Positions 17,928 through 28,705 of a stretch of 64,000 bases of DNA are shown here, piece after piece. Location: NCBI GenBank assembly GCA_963532885.1, contig CAUSLI010000002.1, forward strand, positions 82,011-146,010, in the 5' to 3' direction. The DNA is from an uncultured Candidatus Saccharibacteria bacterium. GTDB lineage: Bacteria; Patescibacteriota; Saccharimonadia; Saccharimonadales; Saccharimonadaceae. A program made the translations under genes and the position numbers. The notes under the pieces are model-generated. The model did not search any database, was not told where the DNA came from, and saw only the letters and a program-made list of their open reading frames with translations. How positions within the stretch are numbered: the stretch's first letter is position 1; every line of letters starts with the position of its first letter.

Positions 17928-19283
17928 ATGAAGACGACTGATATCATTCGCCGCGCTGGCCGCAACTTGCGCCGAGCCAAGATGCGTACCCTGCTTACCA
18001 GTATCGCCATCGCGGTGGGCGGCTTCGCCATTATGGCGAGCTTGATGGCGGGCGAGGGTGCACGCCAGTATATTGACCGGCTGATTAGCAGTAATATTGA
18101 TGCCAAGGCGGTGTTTGTCGTTAAAGACAAGCGGCTCATCGGGGTACAATCGGGCCAGCAGGCTGACCTACGTGAGTATAATCCTGATAGTATCAACCGC
18201 TATGGCAATGATTATAAAGCCCTCACCCAAAAAGACATCGACAAGCTGGCGGCCCGCACCGACCTCGAGAAGGTGAGGCCAGTCTATCAGCTCCAGCCCA
18301 AATATGTGAGCTTCGCTACCAAGAAAGACAAGAAATACAGCAGTGATGTGAGTGTCTTTGATGGTGCGCTCGCGGCTGAAGTTGTGGCTGGCAAACAGCT
18401 GGGCAAGGGTACTGAGCTCGCGGCTGGCGAAGCCGTTATACCCGAGAGCTATGCCGAGGCGCTGGGGCAATCGCCTGCTCAGATGGTGGGCAAACAACTG
18501 ACCGTCACAGTGGTGCAAATGCCACAGAAGATCGACGAAGCAACGCTTGGCCAGGTCTTTGCTGAGAAGGGGCAGGCTGGGGTGAATGAGCTGATCAATG
18601 GCAAGGAGCTGCACAAGACCTTTACTATTGCGGCCGTGACGCGCAAATCGGCCGACCAAACCCAAGCAATGCGCGGCATTGGTATTAATGCCAAAGTAGC
18701 CCGCGAGCTGAGCGACTATAGTACCAAGGGTACGAGCCAATACCAAAAGTACATGTCTGCCACCGCGGTTGCCAAGCAGGATGCCGAAGCCGCCAAGAAA
18801 TCCCTCGAGCACGATGGTTACGCTGCAGCCACCGCCAAAGACCTGCAGCAGACACTCTTTCGCTTTGTCGATATCTTGCAGGCGATTGTGCTGTGCTTTG
18901 GCGCGTTGGCACTGGTAGTGAGTATTTTTGGCATCGTCAACACGCAGTACATCTCGGTGCTGGAGCGGACGCAGCAGATTGGCCTGATGAAGGCACTCGG
19001 CGCCAGCCGGCGCGATATTGGCCGCTTGTTCCGCTACGAGGCAGCCTGGGTTGGCCTGCTGGGCGGTGCGCTGGGTGTGCTGGGCGCGTGGGGTGCTGGC
19101 GTGGCGCTCAACCCGGTTATCTCAGAGAAGCTCAGCTTTGGCGATCATAAACTCCTCGTCTTTGTACCAGAGCATGCTGCTGCGGTAGTGGTTGGCCTGA
19201 TGCTGGTGGCGATCATTGCTGGCTGGCTGCCAAGCCGCAAGGCTGCCAAGCTCGACCCAATCGAAGCGCTGCGCACAGAGTAA
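17928..19283 (+). CDS. MacB/FtsX-like ABC transporter permease
   Basis: RTLLTSIAIAVG, SVLERTQQIGLMKALGA, KAAKLDPIEALR. Confidence 0.93.
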   Translation: MKTTDIIRRAGRNLRRAKMRTLLTSIAIAVGGFAIMASLMAGEGARQYIDRLISSNIDAKAVFVVKDKRLIGVQSGQQADLREYNPDSINRYGNDYKALTQKDIDKLAARTDLEKVRPVYQLQPKYVSFATKKDKKYSSDVSVFDGALAAEVVAGKQLGKGTELAAGEAVIPESYAEALGQSPAQMVGKQLTVTVVQMPQKIDEATLGQVFAEKGQAGVNELINGKELHKTFTIAAVTRKSADQTQAMRGIGINAKVARELSDYSTKGTSQYQKYMSATAVAKQDAEAAKKSLEHDGYAAATAKDLQQTLFRFVDILQAIVLCFGALALVVSIFGIVNTQYISVLERTQQIGLMKALGASRRDIGRLFRYEAAWVGLLGGALGVLGAWGAGVALNPVISEKLSFGDHKLLVFVPEHAAAVVVGLMLVAIIAGWLPSRKAAKLDPIEALRTE

Positions 19284-19306
19284 TCTGCATAGATACGAAG
19301 AGTCTC

Positions 19307-19342
19307 AAGCCCGCTTTGCTGTGGTAGGCAAAGCGGGCTTTT
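19307..19342 (+). terminator. intrinsic terminator
   Basis: AAGCCCGCTTTGC/GCAAAGCGGGCTT plus T tract. Confidence 0.85.
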
Positions 19343-19501
19343 GGGCTAGCTAAGAGGAGTACTACCATACACCTAACAGGGTTAGAGCGAGAGAATCGAC
19401 CCCCAAAATAGCCAAGCCTCGAAGGCCGAGAAGCTATTACCCTTTAATTTTATAACGCTTGTGCTATAATCAGACAAAAGGGTATAAATAGGGGTATAGC
19501 T

Positions 19502-21046
19502 ATGAATGAACACCGCAAAAAATTTGCAAGTCGTTCGCTTGTATTTGTCTTGTTTGGTATATTATTAATCATCATTATATTACTTTGGTGGTGGTGGCCA
19601 TGGAGCTACAGCTACAATAGCGGCTTCAAGGGTGTGCGGCCAGACCAAGTGAGTTTGCGCCAGCATGATGGGAAGATTCAGTGGCAATTTATGAATGGCG
19701 CGTGGCACGATATTGCCTCGGTGGAGGACTTGCGTGGGGCAAAAGGCGAGCAAGGTGCGCGCGGCGAGGCTGGTGCAAGCGGTGCTCGAGGTGCAGATGG
19801 CGCCAATGGCCGCGACGGCGTAGATGGTGCACGTGGCCGTGATGGTGCTCGTGGTGCAGCTGGCAAGAATGGCACAAACGGCGCTAATGGTGCCAACGGT
19901 AAGGATGGCGCAAACGGGGCCAATGGCAAAGACGGTGCGTCGGCCGCTAAGGGTGAAAAAGGCGAAAAAGGCGAACCAGGTCCCAAAGGTGATAAGGGCG
20001 AACCTGGCAAAGATGGTAAAGATGGCAAAAATGGTGAAAAGGGTGACAAGGGCGATACTGGCCCCAAGGGTGACACTGGCGCCAAAGGTGAGCAGGGTGC
20101 GCCTGGTACACCTGGTGCACAAGGCGAAAAAGGTGTGCCCGGCCCGAAGGGTGACCAAGGAGACACTGGCCCACAAGGGCAGCCCGGTCAGCCCGGCCCA
20201 CAAGGCCCACAAGGCCAAGCTGGCCCAGCTGGTGCCGATGGCCGGACGATCGAGCTCCAAAAGGGCACACTCTACATCCAGTGGCGCTACACTGGCGAAA
20301 CAGCCTGGCAAAACCTCATTGCTTATACCGACCTCAAGGGCGAAAAGGGTGATGCTGGTCAGCCCGGCCCACAAGGCCAACAGGGTATCCAGGGGCAGCA
20401 AGGTGCTACTGGACCCAAAGGCCAGGATGGCACCAATGCAACGATTAATGTGACTAATAGCACCCAGCCATGCTCGCCAAATATGACCGTTACGGGTAAT
20501 GGCACCTCTCAGCTTGGCCTTACCTTTGCAGGTAGCACGGTGCCGGCGGGTGGCACGGTTGGCCAAATATTGTCGAAGAAGTCGGCCGCAAACTGCGACA
20601 TGGAATGGAAGAGCCTCCCTCAGATGACCATCTTTACGGCAACGCTTGGCAATGGTAATGGCGGCGTTACAGCTGCAACGATTGCCAAGGATACCTTTGC
20701 GCCAGTGCCGCTCAAGACCGTCGTAACAAACAACGGTGGTGGGTCGTGGGATGCCGGGAGCAAATCGTACATTGTACCAAGTGATGGTGTGTACTTGATC
20801 CAATCGCGGATTCGCCTGAACGATACATCGTCACCCCGCGGTGTGTACCAGGCTGTCAACGACACAGCCCGCGACACTCCAGAGGGCGTGTGGAGCAACA
20901 ACCAACAGGGATACCGCTTTACCATGCCATACACTCGCCTGATGCGAGTAACGGCCGGGACACCGCTCAAGCTTGTTATCTACTCGGCTGGCCAAGACGC
21001 AAACATCACCGATGCAAGCCTCAGCATCGTCAAGATATCAGACTAA
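19502..21046 (+). CDS. membrane-anchored collagen-like protein with C1q/BclA-like C-terminal head
   Basis: N-terminal TM helix, long Gly-X-Y tracts, C-terminal beta domain ([11 protein letters not shown]). Confidence 0.88.
   Translation: MNEHRKKFASRSLVFVLFGILLIIIILLWWWWPWSYSYNSGFKGVRPDQVSLRQHDGKIQWQFMNGAWHDIASVEDLRGAKGEQGARGEAGASGARGADGANGRDGVDGARGRDGARGAAGKNGTNGANGANGKDGANGANGKDGASAAKGEKGEKGEPGPKGDKGEPGKDGKDGKNGEKGDKGDTGPKGDTGAKGEQGAPGTPGAQGEKGVPGPKGDQGDTGPQGQPGQPGPQGPQGQAGPAGADGRTIELQKGTLYIQWRYTGETAWQNLIAYTDLKGEKGDAGQPGPQGQQGIQGQQGATGPKGQDGTNATINVTNSTQPCSPNMTVTGNGTSQLGLTFAGSTVPAGGTVGQILSKKSAANCDMEWKSLPQMTIFTATLGNGNGGVTAATIAKDTFAPVPLKTVVTNNGGGSWDAGSKSYIVPSDGVYLIQSRIRLNDTSSPRGVYQAVNDTARDTPEGVWSNNQQGYRFTMPYTRLMRVTAGTPLKLVIYSAGQDANITDASLSIVKISD
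19736..20430 (+). repeat. Gly-X-Y collagen repeat region
   Basis: 9-nt periodic GGN codons, interrupted by one small globular module. Confidence 0.85.
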
Positions 21047-21071
21047 GCTAGGTAGCCCACTATCAGCCCCT

Positions 21072-21100
21072 ACAGAACCAGCCATTATGGCTGGTTCTGT
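21072..21100 (+). terminator. probable terminator
   Basis: ACAGAACCAGCCAT/ATGGCTGGTTCTGT near-perfect inverted repeat. Confidence 0.75.
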
Positions 21101-21273
21101 GTTAGTTCCTCCTCGCTCATGGAGTGATCGAGAGCAGAAAAGTGAGGCAAAAATGGGGGTCTGCAGGCCGTGCTATCTGCCCAATAGTACCGTGGCTGGG
21201 TGGCCATCGTGCCCGGAAGTTTTATCGAACAAATTGCCATTACGCTTGGCGTGGTATCTGATATAATATAGTT

Positions 21274-22518
21274 ATGTTAGATATTCGTTATATTCGCGCG
21301 CATGCCGACGAGGTGCAGGCAGCGGCGCGCCATAAGGGCTATGAGGTGTCCATCGCTGCGCTTCTCGCGTGCGACGATCAGCGCCGGGAGCTCCAGCAGC
21401 GGGTGGATGCTGTGCGCACCACGCGCAACGAGACGGCCGCTCAGATGAAGGGCGGCAAACCCAGCCAAGAGCTCATCGCCAAAGGCAAGGCGCTCAAAGC
21501 CGAGCTCGCCACACTAGAGGAAGAGCTGCGCACCATAGAGAACAACTTTTTTACTCAGCTCGAGGCAGTGCCAAATATCACCCTGCCAGACGTCCCGCTG
21601 GGTGGCGAAGCAGACAGTGTGGAGATTAAGCAGTGGGGTGAGCGACGTGAGTTGGCTCAGGATCACCTCGACTTCGCCACGAGCCGAGGCTGGCTCGACT
21701 TCGAGCGCGGTGCTAAGGTGGCTGGCACGAAGTTTTATTATATGCTGGGCGACCTCATGCTGCTCGAGAACGCCATCTACCAATATGCTCTTAACTTCCT
21801 TGTAAGCAAAGGCTTTCGCCCCATGACGGTGCCGCACATGGTGAGTGGCCGCGTAGCGCGCGGCTCGGGCTTTGCACCCAAGAGCGACAAGGAGAGTAAC
21901 GAGTACTTCATCGAGGGCGAAGATACTATGCTTATTGGTACAGCCGAGGCACCACTGACGGGCTTCCATGCCGATGAGATCTTGCATGAGAAAGACTTGC
22001 CGCTCCTCTACGCTGGCTACAGCCCCTGCTACCGCAAAGAGGCTGGCGCTGCCGGGAAGTTTAGCCGCGGGCTCTTCCGGGTGCATCAATTCAACAAACT
22101 CGAAATGTATATCTACTGCCTGCCCGAGCAATCGGCTCAGATGCATGAGAAAATCCTTGCGCTAGAGGAGGAGATTTGGCAAAGCCTCGGTGTGCCGTAT
22201 CATGTGGTAAATATCGCGGCGGGGGATCTTGGTGCACCAGCTGCCAAGAAGTACGACATCGAGTATTGGTCGCCCGTTGATGGCGCTTACCGCGAGCTCA
22301 CCAGCTGCAGCAACTGCACCGACTTCCAGGCGCGCAACCTTGGCATCCGCGTCCGCCGGGCTGATGGCTCGCTCCAGGTAGTACACACCCTCAATGGTAC
22401 CGCAGTGAGCTTGGCTCGCGCACTGGTAGCGATTATCGAGAATTATCAAACAACGGATGGTCAGCTCCGCGTGCCAACGGTGCTGCAGCCATATCTGAAC
22501 AACAGGGAGGTACTTTAG
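21274..22518 (+). CDS. serS: seryl-tRNA synthetase
   Basis: MLDIRYIR, LIGTAE, CYRKEAG, GLFRVHQF, SCSNCTDFQAR. Confidence 0.97.
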   Translation: MLDIRYIRAHADEVQAAARHKGYEVSIAALLACDDQRRELQQRVDAVRTTRNETAAQMKGGKPSQELIAKGKALKAELATLEEELRTIENNFFTQLEAVPNITLPDVPLGGEADSVEIKQWGERRELAQDHLDFATSRGWLDFERGAKVAGTKFYYMLGDLMLLENAIYQYALNFLVSKGFRPMTVPHMVSGRVARGSGFAPKSDKESNEYFIEGEDTMLIGTAEAPLTGFHADEILHEKDLPLLYAGYSPCYRKEAGAAGKFSRGLFRVHQFNKLEMYIYCLPEQSAQMHEKILALEEEIWQSLGVPYHVVNIAAGDLGAPAAKKYDIEYWSPVDGAYRELTSCSNCTDFQARNLGIRVRRADGSLQVVHTLNGTAVSLARALVAIIENYQTTDGQLRVPTVLQPYLNNREVL

Positions 22519-23646
22519 ATGGGGCGCACAATTAGAAAAATGAGTCGGAAAGGCTATGCCAAAGTTGCCAAGCCGTTTCTCTTTCGGCGGCAGCCCGATG
22601 CAGCGCACCAATCGATGCTCTGGACGGCGCGGGCACTGCATGCCATCCGGGGTGAGCAGCTCCTCAGTGGTTGGCGCTACAAGAACCCTCGTCTCGAGCA
22701 GACTATTCTTGGCCTCAACTTTGTTAATCCCATCGGTCTGTCTGCTGGGCTGGATAAAGATTTTGATCTACCCTCTGTGGCAAAGAAAATCGGCTGCGGC
22801 TTTGAAATTGGTGGTTCAGTAACGGCCATGCCTTGTGAGGGCAACCCCAAGCCGTGGTTTCGTCGCTTGGCTAGTGAGCAGTCGATTGTCGTGAATGTTG
22901 GTTTGGCGAATCGCGGCGTTGCCAAGGCGATTGAGCAGATTCGCAGCTACTCACCACGGGTCTGGCGCGACTTTCCGCTCAGCGTATCCGTAGCCAAGAC
23001 GAACAGCCCTAAGCAAGTCCGCCCCAAGCAAGCAATTGCCGACTACTGCGATAGCCTTCGCCAGCTTGAAGCAGCTGGTTGTGCACCACTGTACGAGATT
23101 AACATCTCCTGCCCTAATGCCTATGGCGGCGAGCCCTTCACCACGCCTGCTCGCCTCAAGAAGCTCCTCACTGCGGTGGATGAGCTAGAGCTCTCGCGCC
23201 CAGTCTTTATCAAAATGCCAACGGATAAGACATGGACGCAGTTTGCCAAATTACTCTCCATCATCGATAAGCATAATGTGGCAGGCCTGACGATCGGTAA
23301 CCTCGTCAAAGACCGCAGCAAGCTCACTGACCCAAGTGTTTTGCCCGACGACACCCCCGGTAGCCTGAGTGGCCGGCCAGCTCAGGCCATTACCACGCGG
23401 CTTATCCACAAGACGTATGCGCTGTATGGTGACCGCTTTGTTATCATCGGTGTGGGCGGTGTCTTTACGGCGGAGGATGCGTATGAGAAGATTCGGGCTG
23501 GCGCGAGCCTCGTGGCGCTGGTGACGGCGCTGATGTTTGAAGGGCCACAGGTGGTAGGCGATATCAACGAAGGCTTGGTGGAGCTGCTTGACCGAGACGA
23601 CTACGTCTCCATTAGCGAAGCAATCGGCGCAGCGCACCGCAAGTAG
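22519..23646 (+). CDS. pyrD: dihydroorotate dehydrogenase (class 2-like)
   Basis: LF..PDAAH N-terminus, NPIGLSAGLDK, GNPKP..RL, NISCPN, GSLSG, IIGVGGV. Confidence 0.92.
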   Translation: MGRTIRKMSRKGYAKVAKPFLFRRQPDAAHQSMLWTARALHAIRGEQLLSGWRYKNPRLEQTILGLNFVNPIGLSAGLDKDFDLPSVAKKIGCGFEIGGSVTAMPCEGNPKPWFRRLASEQSIVVNVGLANRGVAKAIEQIRSYSPRVWRDFPLSVSVAKTNSPKQVRPKQAIADYCDSLRQLEAAGCAPLYEINISCPNAYGGEPFTTPARLKKLLTAVDELELSRPVFIKMPTDKTWTQFAKLLSIIDKHNVAGLTIGNLVKDRSKLTDPSVLPDDTPGSLSGRPAQAITTRLIHKTYALYGDRFVIIGVGGVFTAEDAYEKIRAGASLVALVTALMFEGPQVVGDINEGLVELLDRDDYVSISEAIGAAHRK

Positions 23647-23654
23647 GGGAGTTA

Positions 23655-24233
23655 GTGGCGTCCGAAACAAACGGCCCACACGATGAGCGTTTTGCCTCTT
23701 CCATGCGGTACGCGGCAGCGTGGTTTGGCCAGGCGGTGGTACGGCACATCACCGGTGCAGCATTTGCTCGGGCTGTGCGGTGGGAGGCGGCAGAGACTCA
23801 TGTCCTTCCTGCGCGGCAGCATAATAGGCCTGCAGTAGAGCACCGAGCCGCCCAATATGTTGGTACACATGCGAGGGAGGATTACCCGCTCCGCGATACA
23901 ACACTGATCGTTTCTGGCTATGTTGACCGCACAACCGACCGCTGTGTGGGTGGCCAAGCAGTTGACGTGTATCGGCTAACGGGCCAAACAAGCGCGTATC
24001 GCCGCATGGTCGATCGCCAGACAATGCAGCCATATGTGGCGCATCTTGCCCCAGTTTATCCTAACGAACGACAGGACAAGCCACCAGCTGTAACCATGCG
24101 CAGCTTTGTCCCAGTGGATAGCTTGCGACGAGTTGGCCGCCTGATAGAAGTGCTCGACAGCCTTGCAGCACACACTGTTGAGATAGAAGCGAAGTACCAG
24201 ACATTGCTGCGCTACCAAAATCAACAAAAGTAA
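23655..24233 (+). CDS. hypothetical protein
   Basis: GGGAG SD plus GTG start directly after pyrD; 192-aa ORF fills the gap. Confidence 0.65.
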   Translation: MASETNGPHDERFASSMRYAAAWFGQAVVRHITGAAFARAVRWEAAETHVLPARQHNRPAVEHRAAQYVGTHAREDYPLRDTTLIVSGYVDRTTDRCVGGQAVDVYRLTGQTSAYRRMVDRQTMQPYVAHLAPVYPNERQDKPPAVTMRSFVPVDSLRRVGRLIEVLDSLAAHTVEIEAKYQTLLRYQNQQK

Positions 24234-24327
24234 AATGGCCCGGCGTCATAGCTTAGCCCACAGCCATTTGACATTATCCATAATATACTGCACTATAGGA
24301 CGAGAATTGTGTAATAAAGGAGCAAGA

Positions 24328-24990
24328 ATGAACGAACATCAGCCAGCAAGAGACCCAAGAAGCGGAGAACGACAAGACCTGTCGGGGATTGCATATGAGC
24401 TACAGGCTAGAATGGGCCGTGTACTCACCGATGAACCTTTTGAGTATGCCAAACATAGGCCAGGTGCATTGCATGAGCGTCGTATCCAAACCAACCCAGA
24501 GATCAGCAAAGAAGGTGAAGGTGATGCCACTGAGCGTACTATATTTTTGACAGGCCGCAATGGTAAGTATATAGAGGTGTCTGGCGTTGTGCTTGATGAA
24601 ATGTCGGTCGTTTTGGACCCATCTGTCACCATTATGACACCTGATAGTAATGATTGGGTGGTGTATCGCTCGAAGGTCGGTCGCCCGAAGGATGGCCATG
24701 ATGGCCAGTGGCAAATTGAGCGTATCCATGGCAGCCAGACAGGTCAGATCGATAGTGAGCCGTACACATTTTTCCAGCCGGTAGATAAAGACGGTAAGCA
24801 AGACCTAGAGCGCGCAGAGGCTGATGCACGAGAATTGCATGATGTCAGAAAACTTATAGAAGGGGCGCACTGCCGCGTAGAGACACCGCCCAAGAACGAG
24901 GCGAAGGCTTTGCTCGACCAGATTAAAGAACTGCGCGAAAAGATGGCCTATCGGATGGGATTGCTAGCCGAACATCTCTCTCTGCGCTGA
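24328..24990 (+). CDS. hypothetical protein
   Basis: AAGGAG SD before ATG 24328; TTGACA upstream. Confidence 0.75.
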   Translation: MNEHQPARDPRSGERQDLSGIAYELQARMGRVLTDEPFEYAKHRPGALHERRIQTNPEISKEGEGDATERTIFLTGRNGKYIEVSGVVLDEMSVVLDPSVTIMTPDSNDWVVYRSKVGRPKDGHDGQWQIERIHGSQTGQIDSEPYTFFQPVDKDGKQDLERAEADARELHDVRKLIEGAHCRVETPPKNEAKALLDQIKELREKMAYRMGLLAEHLSLR

Positions 24991-25070
24991 TAATTTACTC
25001 ATAACAACCCCTGTTTCTCCTCAACCATGCTATACTATAAGCACAAGTTGCTAACACGAAAGGGGTCAGC

Positions 25071-25460
25071 ATGATCGCAAACATCGACATTACCGGTATT
25101 GGCAAATACTCGCCAGACGAGCCAACCAAAAAATACATCCGCAAGAAGATCGGTGCGCTCGACCGCATGGTGTCGCGCCACGCTCGCAAGACCGTGAGCG
25201 CTATGGTGCGCATTGAAGAGATTAATGGCGAGCATGGTAATAAATATGAGGTAGAGGTGGTCATTACCGTGCCAGACCAGACCATCAAGGCCAAAGACTC
25301 CACACTCAACGTCCTGGCTGCTACCGATATCGTCGAGCGGAAACTGGCTGGCCAGCTACGCAAATATAAGCAAAACCAGCTGCCGCACCTCGGTCGCCGT
25401 GGCCTCCTCGCTCGCTTCAAGCGTAGCTTCGAGCGCGAGCAGGATCACCCTGCGGAGTAG
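25071..25460 (+). CDS. raiA: ribosome hibernation factor (HPF/RaiA)
   Basis: KYIRKKIGALDR, AATDIVERKLAGQLRKYK; upstream of secA. Confidence 0.9.
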   Translation: MIANIDITGIGKYSPDEPTKKYIRKKIGALDRMVSRHARKTVSAMVRIEEINGEHGNKYEVEVVITVPDQTIKAKDSTLNVLAATDIVERKLAGQLRKYKQNQLPHLGRRGLLARFKRSFEREQDHPAE

Positions 25461-25476
25461 ACAAAGCCTTCACTTA

Positions 25477-25511
25477 CAAAAGACCAATGCTCCGGAGAGT
25501 GTTGGTCTTTT
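25477..25511 (+). terminator. intrinsic terminator
   Basis: AAAAGACCAA/TTGGTCTTTT stem. Confidence 0.8.
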
Positions 25512-25595
25512 GCTGTGCCTCAATTGCAGAACCTGCTATAAGAATGACCTTCCACTGCAAATGTTCTGATTAAGGTTTATAGTATAATAATAAAT

Positions 25596-25939
25596 ATGAC
25601 GAATAAAGAAATGCCGCGTACAAAGCTAGACGAACTACAAGAAGAGCTGATTACCCTCATGAATGGGGGGGTAGTGCTGAGCCTAGCGCAGCACAACACG
25701 AGCATACCCTGCGAAGTAAAGCACAGAGAATGGGGCGTTTTGCCGTCCTACTGTGCGGCATATTCAGAGAAGCGGCACGCGAGGGACGTGCACAGAATCC
25801 GAAGATATTGAGTGCATATTCGGTATTGGTCGATCCAATCGTACCAGCACCAGGAAATATCTATCCACCCAAGGACACTCCCATACCACGATCTCCCCAT
25901 CACGACCCGCGGGACGATGCGATGGATCGCGAGCTCTAA
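25596..25939 (+). pseudogene. hypothetical gene split by a frameshift at a G7 tract
   Basis: ORFs 25596-25811 and 25730-25939 join if G7 at 25665-25671 becomes G8; TATAAT 7 nt before ATG. Confidence 0.55.
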
Positions 25940-26074
25940 GATAACCGGTGTCGTTATCAATATGAGCAACTCCAGCTCCGTGCCCTTCCCAAATAGCCGC
26001 AAACCCGGTATAATGAGGGGAGTTTTTTGAATTGAATGGCCGCTTAGAGAGGAAAGCGAGGGAAGTTTGACACT

Positions 26075-28705
26075 ATGGCAACAACACAGCAAAAAGCACT
26101 GACGAAGATTTTTGGCGATCCGCAAAAGCGGATCTTGAAGCGTCTACAAAAGAAGGTAGACGAGATCAACAAGCTTGGGCCCAAATATAAGGCACTCTCG
26201 GATGAGGAATTAGCCAAGCAAACAGAGGTCCTCAAGCAGCGCCTGCACAAGAAGGGCACGACGCTCGATACCATCCTGCCCGATGCCTTTGCGGTGGTGC
26301 GCGAGATGGCCGACCGGGTGATTGGTGAGCGGCACTATGATGTGCAGCTGATTGGCTCGATGGTGCTGCACGAAGGCAACGTGGCCGAGCTCAAGACTGG
26401 TGAAGGCAAGACCCTGATGTCTACGCTGGCAGCATACCTCAATGCGCTCGAGGGCAAGGGTGTGCACGTCGTGACCGTCAACGACTACTTGGCGCAGCGT
26501 GACGCTGGCTGGATGGGGCAGATCTACAGCGCTCTGGGCATTAGCACTGGTGTGATCATTAACGAAGCATCCTTCCTCTACGATGGCACGTATACCAACG
26601 AGAACCATACTGACCCACGCATGCAAAAGCTCCGCCCCTGTACACGGCGCGAAGCCTACGAGGCAGATATTACTTATGGGACAAACAACGAGTTTGGCTT
26701 CGATTACCTGCGCGATAATATGGTCAATGAGATTAGCCTGGTGCGTCAGCGCGAGCTCAACTTTGCCATTGTAGACGAGGTGGACTCCATCTTGATCGAC
26801 GAAGCGCGTACCCCACTCATCATTAGTGCGCCCGCGGCTGAGAACCCTGATAGCTACTACCAATTTGCCAAGATTGCTGCCAAGCTTGTGCCGGAAGACT
26901 ACCGTCTCGACGAAAAGCACACCAGTGTGGCCCTGACAGATAGTGGTATCGATAAGGTGCAAAAACTCCTTGGTATAAAAAATTTGTACACCCCCGAGTA
27001 TGTCCGCAGTGTCTACCATATCAACCAAGCGCTGCGTGCCCAGACGCTCTTCCATCGGGACAAAAACTATGTGGTGACCAATGATGGCGAGGTTATCATC
27101 GTCGATGAGCACACTGGTCGCCTTAAGATCGGCAACCGCTATAACGAAGGCCTCCACCAGGCGATCGAAGCGAAAGAAGGCGTGCCCGTTCAGCAAGAGA
27201 GTATGACGTTGGCGACCATCTCCTTCCAGAATTTCTTCCGCCTATATAAGAAGCTCAGTGGTATGACCGGTACGGCCTTTACTGAGGCAGAGGAATTCCA
27301 GCAAATCTACAGCCTGGATGTGGTAGTAGTGCCACCCAACAAGCCAATTACCCGCAAAGACCACCAAGATCTCATTTACAAAACCGAAAAGGCCAAGCTC
27401 AAAGCTGTGGCTGCCGCCATCAAGGAATATCACGAGCAAGGCCGGCCGGTGCTGGTGGGGTCGGGCTCGATTGCTAAAAATGAGCTGATCGCCCAGTGGC
27501 TCGACAAAGCGGGCATTGCATATGAGATCCTCAATGCTAAGAATAATGAGCGCGAGGCCGAGATTGTGGCACACGCTGGTGAGAAGGGTGCCGTGACGCT
27601 GGCGACGAACATCGCCGGGCGTGGTACAGACATCAAGCTTGGGCCAGGGGTGAAGGAACTTGGCGGCCTGGTGGTGATCGGCAGTGAGCGGCATGAGTCG
27701 CGCCGGATCGACAACCAGCTGCGGGGCCGTGGTGGCCGCCAGGGTGACCCAGGCGACACCCAATTCTACGTCTCGACCGAAGATGACTTGATGCGGATCT
27801 TCCAGGGTGAGCGCATTGCCGGCCTGATGGAGCGTCTTGGCGTAGAAGAAGATATGGCCATCCAAAACAAAGCCGTCAGCAAGACGCTTGAGGCGGCGCA
27901 AAAGCGGGTTGAGGGCTTTAACTTTGATGCGCGCAAAAATGTTGTTCAGTACGACAACGTCATCAACCGCCACCGCAAAGTGGTCTACACCGTGCGGCGC
28001 AAGATCCTCGATGGCGACAACATCAAGCCAGAAATCCAGCGCCTGCTGCGCACTGCAGTCGAGAGCCTCACAGAGGTACCAGCCAAGCAAAACCCGAAGT
28101 TTGCTGAGGAGTTTGGCGCGATCTTCCCACTGGACAAAGACGAGATCAAGAAGATCGGCGCTGAGAAGCGCGACCGTGTCCGGACCAAGATGGCACTTGA
28201 TGCGGCGAAAAAATTGTATCAAGACAAAGAAGACGAGCTCGGCAGCGAGCTACTGCGCGGCATCGAGCGCGAGGTGTACTTGCAGGTGCTCGACACGCTG
28301 TGGATGCAACATCTAGAGAATATGCAGCACCTGCGTGAGGGGATCCACTGGCGCAGCGTTGGCCAGCGCGACCCGCTGGTGGAGTACCGCGCTGAGTCGC
28401 AAAAGCTGTTCGACAGCCTGCAGGCCAACCTCCGGGCGGAGGTTCTCCACGCGATCTACCAAGTGCGCAAGACAGATGCCATCACTCGGGAGGCAACCGA
28501 CAACGAGCACGACACCGAGCTCACTCGCCTGGCCGAAACCTCGGTGGAGCGCGGTGTGAATGAGATCACGAGTGGGGAGGCGAATCACGATCAGGACTTT
28601 GCCAAAACAAAAGCGGCACCAACTACTGCCGACGTCAACCGCAAACGTAACGCCGCCCGCAAGAAAAAGAAAGCCCAGCGGCAGAATCGCAAAAAGAACC
28701 GCTAG
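26075..28705 (+). CDS. secA: preprotein translocase ATPase SecA
   Basis: KTGEGKT, VTVNDYLA, IVDEVDSILIDEARTPLIIS, RRIDNQLRGR. Confidence 0.98.
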   Translation: MATTQQKALTKIFGDPQKRILKRLQKKVDEINKLGPKYKALSDEELAKQTEVLKQRLHKKGTTLDTILPDAFAVVREMADRVIGERHYDVQLIGSMVLHEGNVAELKTGEGKTLMSTLAAYLNALEGKGVHVVTVNDYLAQRDAGWMGQIYSALGISTGVIINEASFLYDGTYTNENHTDPRMQKLRPCTRREAYEADITYGTNNEFGFDYLRDNMVNEISLVRQRELNFAIVDEVDSILIDEARTPLIISAPAAENPDSYYQFAKIAAKLVPEDYRLDEKHTSVALTDSGIDKVQKLLGIKNLYTPEYVRSVYHINQALRAQTLFHRDKNYVVTNDGEVIIVDEHTGRLKIGNRYNEGLHQAIEAKEGVPVQQESMTLATISFQNFFRLYKKLSGMTGTAFTEAEEFQQIYSLDVVVVPPNKPITRKDHQDLIYKTEKAKLKAVAAAIKEYHEQGRPVLVGSGSIAKNELIAQWLDKAGIAYEILNAKNNEREAEIVAHAGEKGAVTLATNIAGRGTDIKLGPGVKELGGLVVIGSERHESRRIDNQLRGRGGRQGDPGDTQFYVSTEDDLMRIFQGERIAGLMERLGVEEDMAIQNKAVSKTLEAAQKRVEGFNFDARKNVVQYDNVINRHRKVVYTVRRKILDGDNIKPEIQRLLRTAVESLTEVPAKQNPKFAEEFGAIFPLDKDEIKKIGAEKRDRVRTKMALDAAKKLYQDKEDELGSELLRGIEREVYLQVLDTLWMQHLENMQHLREGIHWRSVGQRDPLVEYRAESQKLFDSLQANLRAEVLHAIYQVRKTDAITREATDNEHDTELTRLAETSVERGVNEITSGEANHDQDFAKTKAAPTTADVNRKRNAARKKKKAQRQNRKKNR

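Noticed and set aside
19580..20803. Long antisense ORFs (also 7294-8262, 26210-27196, 27242-28222, 34940-36004, 51896-52819, 57892-58575)
   Set aside because: Shadow ORFs of GC-rich or repetitive real genes; no motifs or start signals.
19502..21046. Prophage
   Set aside because: The collagen gene has a TM anchor, its own promoter and terminator, and no phage structural, integrase or replication genes nearby.
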